64,000 nt of DNA. It comes from Vermamoeba vermiformis. Lineage: Eukaryota. The position numbers and the translations under genes were made by a program. The stretch is from NCBI GenBank assembly GCA_045837725.1, contig JBEWZL010000260.1, positions 310,001-374,000 on the forward strand, in the 5' to 3' direction. The notes beneath the pieces were generated by a model that made no database searches, was not told the DNA's origin, and worked only from the letters and a program-made list of their open reading frames with translations. The stretch's first letter is position 1; every line of letters starts with the position of its first letter. Below are positions 27,683 through 38,273 of the stretch, piece after piece.

Positions 27683-29520
27683 TTATTGATCAACAGGTGC
27701 TTTTGCTTCGCTTTCTGGTAATGCCCTCTGTTGCAAGCAAGGCACACACTGCCTCTCCTTGAAGTGCAATAACATCGGTAACTTTTCCTCTAATATTTGT
27801 TTTGTGACACCAGTCGCTGTGAGGAGCGCGTTAGTAATGACTACTAAGTGTCAATACAAGTACTTACTAGGTACAGTTACTTCGACATGTTGCAGTCGTG
27901 TTAGCTGAGCGATATGATTCGCGTCAAAATGTACGCAAGAGCGAGCAAATAGATTAGCGTTGCCGAGTCTGGTTAAGCGCTTCAAGTTCTCTAGCGCTAG
28001 TACCGAGCCGTTGGTATCAATCGAATCAGTAAGGATATTTTCTAGCAAAGTGCACTGGGCCAGATCAGTCCAGGGTATTGGTGCTGCCGGCCGATTGATG
28101 GAGATTTGATGTGAGGTGTTGCAAGTCATTGATGTCGTAATTGATAGAGCAGTTGAAGTGAAGCTCTTCCAATCTTGTTGTACCACGAATGTCAACATCT
28201 TTAACAGCTAGTGATAGCGATAGCTGTCTCAAATGAATTAAGGACGATAACGAGACACTGTCTAGAGGACAGTTTGCGTTGTCTAATGCAATTTTGAGAG
28301 ATCTCAAATTGGTCATGTTTGTGACATTGTCGAGTCCTTTGCAATTGCCTGCGTTTAACGAGAGAGAGTTCAATTGAGTCATTTTCACAAGTGCGGACAT
28401 GTCCACTGGTTCGTAGTGCAATGTAGGGTGGCGCACGTGTAGATTCAATCGCTTTAAGTTGGTCATCTTACTGACTTCGGCAAAGCAGTCTTCGTGATCG
28501 TGCCAAACGGTCACGTGCAAGCTCGTCAAGGTATCTTTGTTTAACTGTGGGAGAAGGTTTCTCACACTTCCAAAAGGCGCTGCACCACCAATGAGGAGCT
28601 GGAACGATTCCAGGTGCTTCAATTCCTTGACGTTGATGTTGTCGATCATGTGTTGATTGGACATTCCAATAATGTGGAGCGAAGTCAGAGTTGACAGACT
28701 GCGAGATTGAATGCAACAATGCATCGTCAATGCCTTTCGCCGGCATGTTCACCGACAGTGCTTTCAACTGATGCCAAGGGACGTCGGACTTGTTCTGGAT
28801 GAAGACACGGTTCAACGACAGTGACGTGAGAGTGTTACACATATCGGCGGGAAATAGGCAGTAATGTACTGATAGTCACGCTGATCGGACCAACTCCAGC
28901 GATTGCAAGCGCTTGAACTGACGTAGCCAATATTCAGGAGGGCTCACTTCTGATTTGACTGTCAGCGACGTCACAACGGTGCTTGTCGTATTGATCCATT
29001 CGTTGCTAGTGTTTGTAAAGTTCAAGGTCTCTAACTTGCTCAAATGAGCGATGGAAAACGTCGCCAGAGTTTTGACGTTATCAGCCTCGAGCGACACGAG
29101 ATTTGTAAGATGAACCAATGTCGATCCATCAATATACGCTTCTTTTGCACTCAAGCAAGTGAGTTGAGTGAGTGATGTGAGGTGTGCCATGTCTTGCACA
29201 CTCAGTTTGTGTGGTTTGTTGAATGTGAGTCCGAGTGGTTTTTGATAGCGACCAAACACTCGCACCAACTGCTCCATCTCTGATGGGAGAACCAATCCGA
29301 GATTGAAGTGCGATAATCCAACACTATTGAAGAATAATTTGGACACAAGACAGACACTCGATCTTTGATCTTCGTGCGGTACAAACTTAACGATAGACTT
29401 GACCAATTCCGCTGGTAAATAATTAATATTCAAAGCCTGAAAAATAATATCAGCATATTACTCGGATAGGCAAATGTTAAACGTAGGTAGTACCTCGGTG
29501 GATTGGTGATCGTGTTCCAT
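27683..29520 (-). pseudogene. F-box/LRR paralogue 3, disrupted
   Basis: INYLPAELV F-box; in-frame TGA 28876-28878; frameshifts near 28695 and 28110. Confidence 0.75.
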
Positions 29521-29951
29521 TTGATCTTGTCTGCCGTATGGTTGTTCGCTCTTTCTTTGATATATATATAAAATAGAGGCAATTAATTCGAATTTTTTAG
29601 TCCACTAATAGGAATTGGAGGGTTCTTTGTACTTTTCAACTTCCAGAATCCGGATTCTACGGTTAGAGTCTTATCGCTTCGGACTGAGACACCACAATCC
29701 AAAGTTGGTCTTACATATCCTGAACTACTAATAATACACCAGAAAACACCTGAAAAATGCTTTTCAGTCGCGTAGGTAAAACAAATTTTTTTATTTTCTA
29801 TTTTTTATTCGGAGCAGCCGCGAAGAAACACTAATTACGTAGCATGACTCGTCAATAATTCACGAATATGACATTTCCTTGTACTTCTAAAGTTTAATTT
29901 TATTTTTCGTATCGATTATTCGGTAGGTTACAATATTCAAAATCATTTAAA

Positions 29952-30842
29952 TTAAAGCAAAAGAACAGCAACAATATTAACGAGGCCGAATACAAGGCAG
30001 TGAAAGGAGGATGCGCTGCTATTTTTGGTTCCAAAATCAACTGAACCGCTAATAGTGAGATCGTCGACCAACAAGCAGCTGCCTTCGTATTTAGGCTTGT
30101 ATGAGCGAGCGAAGTTTCGCAGAGTGTTTGGCTTGTTTGAAGCAAGCAAACTGTTGCCACAGGCCCAAACGTCGAAGATCACCTCGTCATCGATTGTTTT
30201 GTTGAAAATTCCCACAGGCTCGGCAGGAGAATAGTTAGTATTAATAAGTACGTCGCTGGCGTCCATAAGAACGGGAGTAAAGCTGTATTCTCCGATCGGC
30301 ATCTCGGGATACTCGATGGCAATCTTGGGAGCCTTCTTGCGCAAACGAGCAGCATCGATGTCGGGTGTATCCGGGTGGAATATTCTAAAGTCGATAGTCA
30401 CGTTGGTCTCGCTCCATCTGTACCACCTTCCACGGAATCGATCCGGATTTGGAATGGATAGATCGTCGGGTACAACAAACGGCGAAGAGTTGAAGAGCTG
30501 TTGACCGTCAGGGCCAGGAATGGGTCCGGTAAGTCCAAGAGTATAGGCGTAGCCAGCTTGCGCCATGAACTTTCTTTCAGCGAACTTCGTTCCAGAGGTA
30601 GCGTCGGTAAAGCTAACCACGATATCTTCTTTAGGAGGGAAAAACGAGACGTAGCTTGAGGCACCACAGAACGGAGTGCTCTTGATGAGTACTTGGCCAT
30701 TGACGACCACGTTGATGGATGTTGGGGAGTCCGGGTTGTAAGTGTTGATGACGCGGATCAGCGCTGGACAGTTGTCAGCTGTGGTATGAACAACGCACAA
30801 TACTACAACAAGTGCTAAATAAGCAAAAAGTCTCGGAGACAT
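29952..30842 (-). CDS. Intronless secreted, probably GPI-anchored protein with DUF4397-like N-terminal domain
   Basis: Signal peptide; IRVINTYNPDSPTSINVVVNG...ASSYV; C-terminal SSASS plus hydrophobic tail. Confidence 0.7.
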   Translation of the reverse strand: MSPRLFAYLALVVVLCVVHTTADNCPALIRVINTYNPDSPTSINVVVNGQVLIKSTPFCGASSYVSFFPPKEDIVVSFTDATSGTKFAERKFMAQAGYAYTLGLTGPIPGPDGQQLFNSSPFVVPDDLSIPNPDRFRGRWYRWSETNVTIDFRIFHPDTPDIDAARLRKKAPKIAIEYPEMPIGEYSFTPVLMDASDVLINTNYSPAEPVGIFNKTIDDEVIFDVWACGNSLLASNKPNTLRNFARSYKPKYEGSCLLVDDLTISGSVDFGTKNSSASSFHCLVFGLVNIVAVLLL

Positions 30843-31703
30843 GGTGTTAAATTGAGCTTACTTCGCGACAATTGACGTCGAGAGAGCAGCTTCAAAATTT
30901 ATAGTTGGTGCGTCACGTGGAGATTTTCTGTGACACGATAAGTGACACGTGCACGCCACGCGAATTACTTAAAATAAATCCGGAAACAAAGAACCATCTC
31001 CGAATTAATACTCCGAAATTTAAGAATATTTTTTCCGGATTCAGGTTTCTTAGTCAAAGACATATCCGTCGCTTGCATGTGTTTACCAGGTGTCATTGTA
31101 AGCTCAAAATAGTATTTTGTATGTATTGATTGGTAATAAAGCAGAGAAATCAGAAAAGCGAACGGGAATTAGGGAAGCGGCCCGAGATAGAGGGAGATTT
31201 GTTGGCCAAAATAGTAAAAATTGCCGCACCTATTCTTAGATGTGGCGCTGGGCAACACGTGGATAAATCGGGCTATTATACTTCAATTTCGGAAATAAAA
31301 TCTCCCGTAGTGCTTGCGGCCAGTCGCTGGATCTACCTCGCAGTTACGCATGCCACAGAACCTAAACGCGTAAAATCGAATTATATACCCAACAAATAGT
31401 AAGAACTCACATTTATTGCAACCTTGACGGTAGGTAAATGCTTTTGTCCTCGTGCCTAATATCATTGTACTTAGTGCTCAATTTTCTGAACTTTCAATTG
31501 CACGCTAACAATTGAATGCTTTGTCCTTGAAATACTTTGCCGAAATGCACATATACGAAATCCATCGATGATGTGATCGGGCAATTATAAACCATCTATA
31601 GATGTCATCGGAAACGCGAGATTTTACTAATGGGTCGTAAAGCACTGGATTTGGCAAGTTATGCTTAAAGTCGGCGCAGATATCTAATTGTTTGAATCCG
31701 GCT

Positions 31704-32412
31704 TTAGTTGAAGTACGATTGAATACAGTTTGTCAAATGATCTAATCCTTGTTCGTTGTTCTCGCATATTAAGTCCCAGTCTTTGAACTGATCTAGGTCG
31801 ACTTCTGTAGTGTCGCTGTCGATCGGACTCAATTTCCAACCGCGCTGTTCTTTGACGGTGTTGTTAGCTTCTACTCGCACTAATACTAGTCTTTCGATTA
31901 ATTCAGGGTGGTCGTGATGAAATTTCTTAAAGTAGGCTACTTCGAATTGGTGACGAAGATCTGAAATGATCAAAACGTGTTGCTTGTTCGGATCCATTGA
32001 TTTCAGTTGGCTGGTTATGCCCTCACAGAACATTAATACGTTATCAGTCTTCGATTTCGTATAAAAGTTCGTCAGTTCTGTTCTGTGTTGCTCCTAAGTG
32101 GCTCAAGTTAAAACTAACCTTAAGATCGTATTTGCACCGCATAAAAATTCTGTAAAATTCTAAAATATCATAAATATAGCTTACTTTATAATCTCTGTCG
32201 GTAAGAAGACGTTGATAATCAGCTCCAGCTTGGATCGCAAATAATCTCTTGCACTCATCGGCAAAGTGAGTTAATTGCACCAATTTGCTTTGTTTTTCTT
32301 CCAAATATTTTTTCAACACTTGAGCGAACGTGTCTTTGCCTGCACATCGCTTTCCTGAGATCAGTACAACGGTTACTTTCCCGTTGTGGCTAGAATTCTG
32401 GCTGTTATCCAT
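31704..32412 (-). CDS. PMVK: Phosphomevalonate kinase, animal (P-loop) type
   Basis: ISGKRCAGKD, LLTDRDYKEQHR, IISDLR, VRVEA...QRGW, IDSDTTEVDLD; one intron. Confidence 0.88.
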
Positions 32413-32568
32413 GTAATACTTCAAATAGCAGTAATTTATGTTATTTAAACTATATTTGTTAACAAATAATATTATGATGCTTGTTCAAAAGAAACAAATC
32501 AAGACTGATTTTGAATTTTCTCTTTTACGCCGATAACCAATACAAAGTACACAAGGACAAATATCAGT

Positions 32569-33076
32569 ATGTTACGCAACGTTTTCGCCCGGAATATAAT
32601 TGTTAGAACGAGCAATAAGGCTCCTGCAGCAATCAGAGCCAATCTGTTTGCGCAGTACTCCACCAAATTGAATGTAAACGACTATCCCGTTTCTCATACC
32701 GAAGAAATTCAGCCTAATGGCAAGAAAGTATTCTTTTGCAGGTACTGTCAAGCATTCTAGCCGAAGAAAAAATTTTCGAGTTTTTTATTTATTTTGGAAA
32801 TTGTTGGAACGGACTCTGTACCCTAAATTCTGATATTGTATATTGTATTTCAGATGCTGATGGTGAGATATTAATTTTAACAATTTTTCTTGGCCAGATG
32901 CTGGCAAAGTAAAAAATTCCCGTATTGCGACGCATCACACAAAGCCTACAACGAGAAAACAGGTAACACGCCTATAATATGATACATTGATAGATCGTAT
33001 TGTTTCAGGAGACAAGCTTGGACCTGTTGGCGTGTACGCGCCATCTGCTACCGCTGCTCAACCCGAACAGAAGTAA
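32569..33076 (+). CDS. CDGSH iron-sulfur (NEET) protein with mitochondrial presequence
   Basis: Spliced motif [25 protein letters not shown]. Confidence 0.88.
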
Positions 33077-33296
33077 ATGTTAATAAGGAAAGCGGTTTGT
33101 TGTTTATTTTGTAACATAAATTTCCTTTGTGGTCTTATTATAGAGCTAGCGAAGGCTTTGCACGATCGTAGTTTTGAGATCGATTCACAAATTGCAATTT
33201 TTGAAGCAATTAAGTCAACTTCTTACGGGCATAATATTCCGCTTCTAGCGTTTCTTAGGGAGGCTTTTTCGTAGGCGTGCCATGATTGGTTGAAAT

Positions 33297-34375
33297 CTAA
33301 GCGAGAAATTTTGCCACATCGAATCCAGCTTTAGGTCTCAGTTCATACACGAGACTTAATCTGCTCGTAGTGTTCTTATTAACACGATGAATAGCAGCGG
33401 GATATACACCTCTTGAAATATCTTGCAGCACTTGATCAGCGAACACAATGACGTCTTCAAGCGGTGAACAGTGTCGTTCTATCGTAAGCCACTGTTTGAT
33501 ATCTGGGTGTAAAATCTCCAGACCAGATGTGAAAGCACATGGTACGATTGTCATGAGGCCTATATAAGGGGTCAATAAGCGACAATTCGATAAGGCTAAC
33601 GAAAATGGATGTACCTGGATCCACGTGTTCATGACAGTTAATGACGTCTTGCGCTTGTTCGGTATTGAAATAATGAAAAAAGTCGAATGGAGACGTTGAC
33701 AAAGTTTGACGTGCGTTCAGTGAACCGTTCGTGTCGCAAATGTCAGCCAAAAGTTGTTCCGCATCAATGTCAATGCTACACGGAGAAGCATTAGTATACA
33801 GATAGGATTAATATTATTAACACGTACTTCCATAGTAAATTATTTAAGCAAGTTTTCAGAATGCGCTCTAGCAGATCAAACGCGGCCAAAGTGTTCTTTT
33901 CAAAGTCAGGCATATGAGGCCACTTCATACCAACACCGCGTCGAATTCGAAATAATTCCTAAAAATAACATTAGTATAATTATACATCGAAGGGATCTAC
34001 GTACTTTTGCTGCCGTTGGACTGTTGTAGCCTGCCAAGCCCTTGTTCGATCCAAACTCTTCAAATAAGACGCGCAGATTGTCTTTTTCGTCTTTGGAAGT
34101 TGATGAAAAGAATATTTTGGCGGTATTGTAGGCATTTAATAGTGTTTCCTTGTCTTTAGAATCGAGTGTAACGATCTGGACCGAAAAAAAATTATGGAAA
34201 AATTCCAATCGCTATTGTTAGTTGTAATTCTTACGGCAAATCCATGGTTAGCGATGTTAGAGCTTAGGATTTGAGCTGCATTATTATTTCCTTCGATCAA
34301 ATCCGTAAACGAGATCTTTTCGATCTGGAGGTATCCGATGTTGGCAAATCTTTGTTGGCTTGCATTATCTGCCAT
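33297..34375 (-). CDS. 2-oxoglutarate/Fe(II) dioxygenase (IPNS/DIOX-like)
   Basis: NHGFA, HVD, GLEI, HRV, RLSLVY motifs across exons. Confidence 0.85.
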
Positions 34376-34511
34376 TTTGAAATCGGGCGAATAAATAAAT
34401 GAACTCTTCTGGCATTTTCAAGAGCAGTTCAAGTGGGAAAAGAAAAAATCTTGCAAAATCTTCTTTTTATTGTTTGTCAGGAAGGCGATAACAAGAGAGT
34501 TGCGCGTAAAT

Positions 34512-36247
34512 ATGAATAAACTACTCTTAGTATCATTATTGCTCGTGTTGACGAGCGTTGCATCGGCTCAAAGCACAGATGAGCTGTGGAAAGTTGTATC
34601 GGATAAAATCAATGGCTCGTCCGTTAGTGGAGCATACGTCATTATAGGAGATGCCAGAGGAACTGTCTATTCATTTATTAAAGGTAATTAGAACGAGATA
34701 CGATGAAAAATCAAATTTAATTTTTTCTTTCACTGCGTTCTTGCTTTATTTTGCATATTACGTATGTCCATTAATATTACAAGTAATTTTCAGTAATATT
34801 ACAGCGATCGGTGATTTTCGTTAACTGACCAAAATCAATTTCGTGATCTAGGAGATATAACCGACGGCACACAGCTAGTTATCGCTAGCGCTTCAAAATG
34901 GGTTAGCACACTTGTAATTATGAAGCTAATTGAAGAGGTAAAAATTTACAAGCATTTTTCAGATTCGCTTATAGTACCGACTTCGCTTACCATTTCCTAA
35001 TAGGGAACGTTATCCTTATCGATGAAACCTTCCGACATTATTCCTTGGTGGACAAAGGATGTAGCTGATAATAGAACTAGTGTCACAGGTATGACCTACA
35101 TTTAATTTTCGTCGCGACAACATGCTGATCCACTTCGATTTTTCAGTACAACATTTGTTAAGTTTTCAAAGCGGATTTAACGTTGACAACGCGTGCCTTA
35201 GCAACAAAAATATGGAATTGTAAGTATTAATGGTTAAAGAGCTATTCTAGTAGATCTAATGAAATCATTCACAGAGAAGATTGTGCTAAGAGTATTTACG
35301 ATGCAGGAGTTCAAACTGAACCAGGAACTACATTTTATGACGGGTAAGATCTATATTTTTCTATAAAAGTTTTTTGTAAATTTTTTCTCGTAGCGGAAAT
35401 CACTTGCAATTGCTCGGTTTCTTGGCTCAAAATAAAACGGGCAAAAGTTGGACAACGCTCTACAACAACTACGTTAAGGCTCCTCTCGGCGTCTTCACAG
35501 CATACAACGTTGGTGGAACCACAGGAAACAATCCTGGTATTGCTGGTAAGTCCTCAAAGTCCTTGGTTGACACGTGTCAAAGTGACACGTTCTCGCGTAG
35601 GTGGATTGACATCCAGCGTGCCTGATTTCGCTAAGATTGTCCGAGCGTTATTCATGAAAACAGCACTGCAGCCCGAAACTATTGATCTCATGGAACGAGA
35701 TTACACTGGCAGCGCAACGATTGGTTACTCTCCTGCCAAAGAGGCTGGCTTGGGCTGGCGATTTGGTAAGCAAAAATATCATTTAAATCAATATTTTAAG
35801 CCTTAGTAATACACCGCAACCGTTGCCAATGCTCAGCCAAAACGTGAAAAAATGTGGTAACTAAGATATTTTTTTTCATTTACAGCGCTAGGTCACTACA
35901 TTGAATGCAATTCTACGACATGGAAAGACTCGTGTTTGACTGACATGTACATCCGATCAACGCTAGGCTCGTTCGGATTTTACGCATGGCTTGATCGTAA
36001 GATGGACTATTACGGCGTGTTTGGCACGACCGTTTCAACTGGCACTGACTCAGCACAATTTATCAATTCCATTCGATACGACATTGAAGCTGCATTGGCG
36101 ACTTTGCCGCCAGTCGCTGTTACTCCTCCGACTGGATCTAACCCGCCAACTGGAGCTCGAAACCCGAGCTCGCAAACTTCAGAGGCAACGGCCACTAAAT
36201 CGATGGTATTTTGTTTGCTTTTCGTATTGTTGAAATTATTTTTGTAA
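34512..36247 (+). CDS. Secreted serine beta-lactamase-like hydrolase (AmpC/PBP fold), probably GPI-anchored
   Basis: Signal peptide, IASASKW (SxxK), LLSFQSG, EPGT.F, AGGLTSS, P/T stalk and hydrophobic tail. Confidence 0.82.
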
Positions 36248-36545
36248 AAGGTGTTTCGATTGGTTTATGTAAAATAATATTAATATGCTTTAGCGAGATC
36301 CACGTTTGTGGCTGAGTATTCTGTGCTAAACAACAAGAAGCTCCATAAAAAAAAATCGCGGTTTTTGTCCTCTAGATTGAAGGGTTCAAACCCACCAATG
36401 CAGCGGCAACATCGTCTTCAGTGATGTGCTTCAAATCCAACAACTCAATGAACGACTTGTTATCAATGCTCTCCTTTGAATTATCAGTCAATTCGACGCT
36501 GCCACCATCTTCTTCATCTCTTTCGCTAATAAGTAACACATTTTA

Positions 36546-37698
36546 TGGTAAAACGACAGCGCATGGAGGGAAAAAGTTTTATACTGAAATATATATACAA
36601 GTTTATTGGCAAATTAACAATGGGATATCTGGTAATCAATAAGATTAAGTGAGGAACTAGCACTGACACTAAGCTGTAGGGTGCTAGACCTTGAGTGGAG
36701 TCACCTCTCACTCTTTCTTATTGCTAGTGGGGTAGCAAGGGCACTCAGTCAAGTAAAGTCACCATTACAGTGAGAGGTCACCAGTGCAGTGATAGAGTTA
36801 TCACCATTACAGTGAGGGTTGTCCCTATTGCAGTGAGAGAGTCATCACCATTGCGGTGATCAAGTCATCACCATTGTGGCAATAGAGTCGTCACCATTAC
36901 GGCGATAGAGTCATCACTATTGCAGTGATAGAGTCGTCACCATTGCGGCGAGGGAGTTGTCACCATTACAGCGAGGGAGTCGTCACCATTACGGCAAGGG
37001 AGTCGTCACCATTATGGCGAGAGAGCCATCACCATTACGGCGAGGGAGTCGTCACCATTACGGCGAGAGAGTCGTCACCATTGCAGTTAGAGAGCCATCA
37101 CCATTACAGTGAGAGAGTCGTCACCATTGCGGCGAGAGAGTAGTCACCATTGCGGTGAGAGAGTCGTCACCATTGCGGTGAGAGAGCTGTCACCATTACA
37201 GTGAGAGTTGTTGCCATTGTGGTGAGAGAGTTGAACCAAGCAAAGTGTCCCATTATGTAAATAAAATAATTAATAATTAATTAATAATTATTTATTATTA
37301 AATTAATGTTAATACTATTAATTAAAATTTAATATGAAGGCTTTATATAATGTTATGCTCAATTAATAAATTATTATTAATATATTATTACTAATTTTAT
37401 TATTTGAATAATAAATAAATTTTCTAATCAGATCTGCATGACCCAATTCATGAAGCATCTTACCAAATAAAATTCATCCATATGTGATATTATATTTATG
37501 CATTATTGCTTATGTTTGTGCGTTTGTGGTGCTGACATGTCAGATCTGAGATAAAATACAGTTAATTTTATTTCTGATCTGATTTTAACACTTTGAGGTA
37601 TAGCACTTACTAATAACTACTATATAAAGTTATATCTACTATTTCTACCATTATATGCCTTACATTAATACTTTTCCCCCTGCGCTGTCGTTTTACCA
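36546..37698. mobile_element. Non-autonomous TIR DNA transposon (MITE-like), TA target
   Basis: Perfect 18-bp TIR TGGTAAAACGACAGCGCA extending imperfectly to about 30 bp; TA at 36544-36545 and 37699-37700; no transposase ORF. Confidence 0.85.
36759..37232. repeat. Tandem minisatellite, about 21 copies of a 23-bp unit (TCACCATTRCGGYGAGAGAGTCG)
   Basis: TCACC-type starts recur every 23 nt from 36822 to 37190, with shorter degenerate flanking units. Confidence 0.95.
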
Positions 37699-38050
37699 TA
37701 ATTCGTCTTAAGTCTGACTGTGTCCTCTCCTGTGGTATTATTAGAAATGAGCCATATTTTAGCAATTAATTCCCAGAACAAACCTTGATTATCGAAGATT
37801 AACATGAACCGCTCTGCTATATCTCGGAGGGTACCTTCTGTTGGTGCATAGAACTTGACATTTGTAAAGAAAATCACTAATGATAATAGTTTGTTCATGA
37901 GATTGAGTCAAGTAAGATTATTATGACGTACACTTCATTTTCGCTCGTTCAACCAAGGCAAAAAATTCGTCCTTTGCCAGATCCGATGAGAATTTAACTT
38001 GCTACGAGTATACTATTAGCCTTATTTGACTAAACGAATTAAATTAGTAC

Positions 38051-38237
38051 TGTAATATAACGGTGAGATCTACGCTCCTTTCGCCGTTATCTCCGTCCCA
38101 GAAATTCTTTCCTATTTTAGGCAACTTTATGTGAATCGGATCCGCCATAAATAGCGTTCCGAAATCTTGTATTATCGACACACTTGTAGTAAATAAATCA
38201 ACACACGTCATTATAACAAAGTAAGACTTTTATTACA
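38051..38237 (+). repeat. 5' LTR
   Basis: TGTAATA...TATTACA; identical by eye to 44812-44998. Confidence 0.98.
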
Positions 38238-38239
38238 TT

Positions 38240-38252
38240 TGGCGACACCGTG
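38240..38252 (+). promoter_or_regulatory. Primer binding site
   Basis: TGGCGACACCGTG 2 nt after the LTR, complementary to a tRNA ending ...CGGUGUCGCCA. Confidence 0.8.
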
Positions 38253-38273
38253 TTTAACGTACCGCTCGCAGAC

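Noticed and set aside
36382-36394. GGTTCAAACCC resembling a tRNA T-loop/B-box
   Set aside because: No cloverleaf or A-box could be built; it overlaps a probable last exon on the minus strand.
36925-37143. ORF with repeated HHHY motifs
   Set aside because: Translation artefact of the 23-bp minisatellite.
36759-37232. CRISPR-like appearance of the palindromic 23-bp repeats
   Set aside because: Units are head-to-tail with no unique spacers, no cas genes, eukaryotic context.
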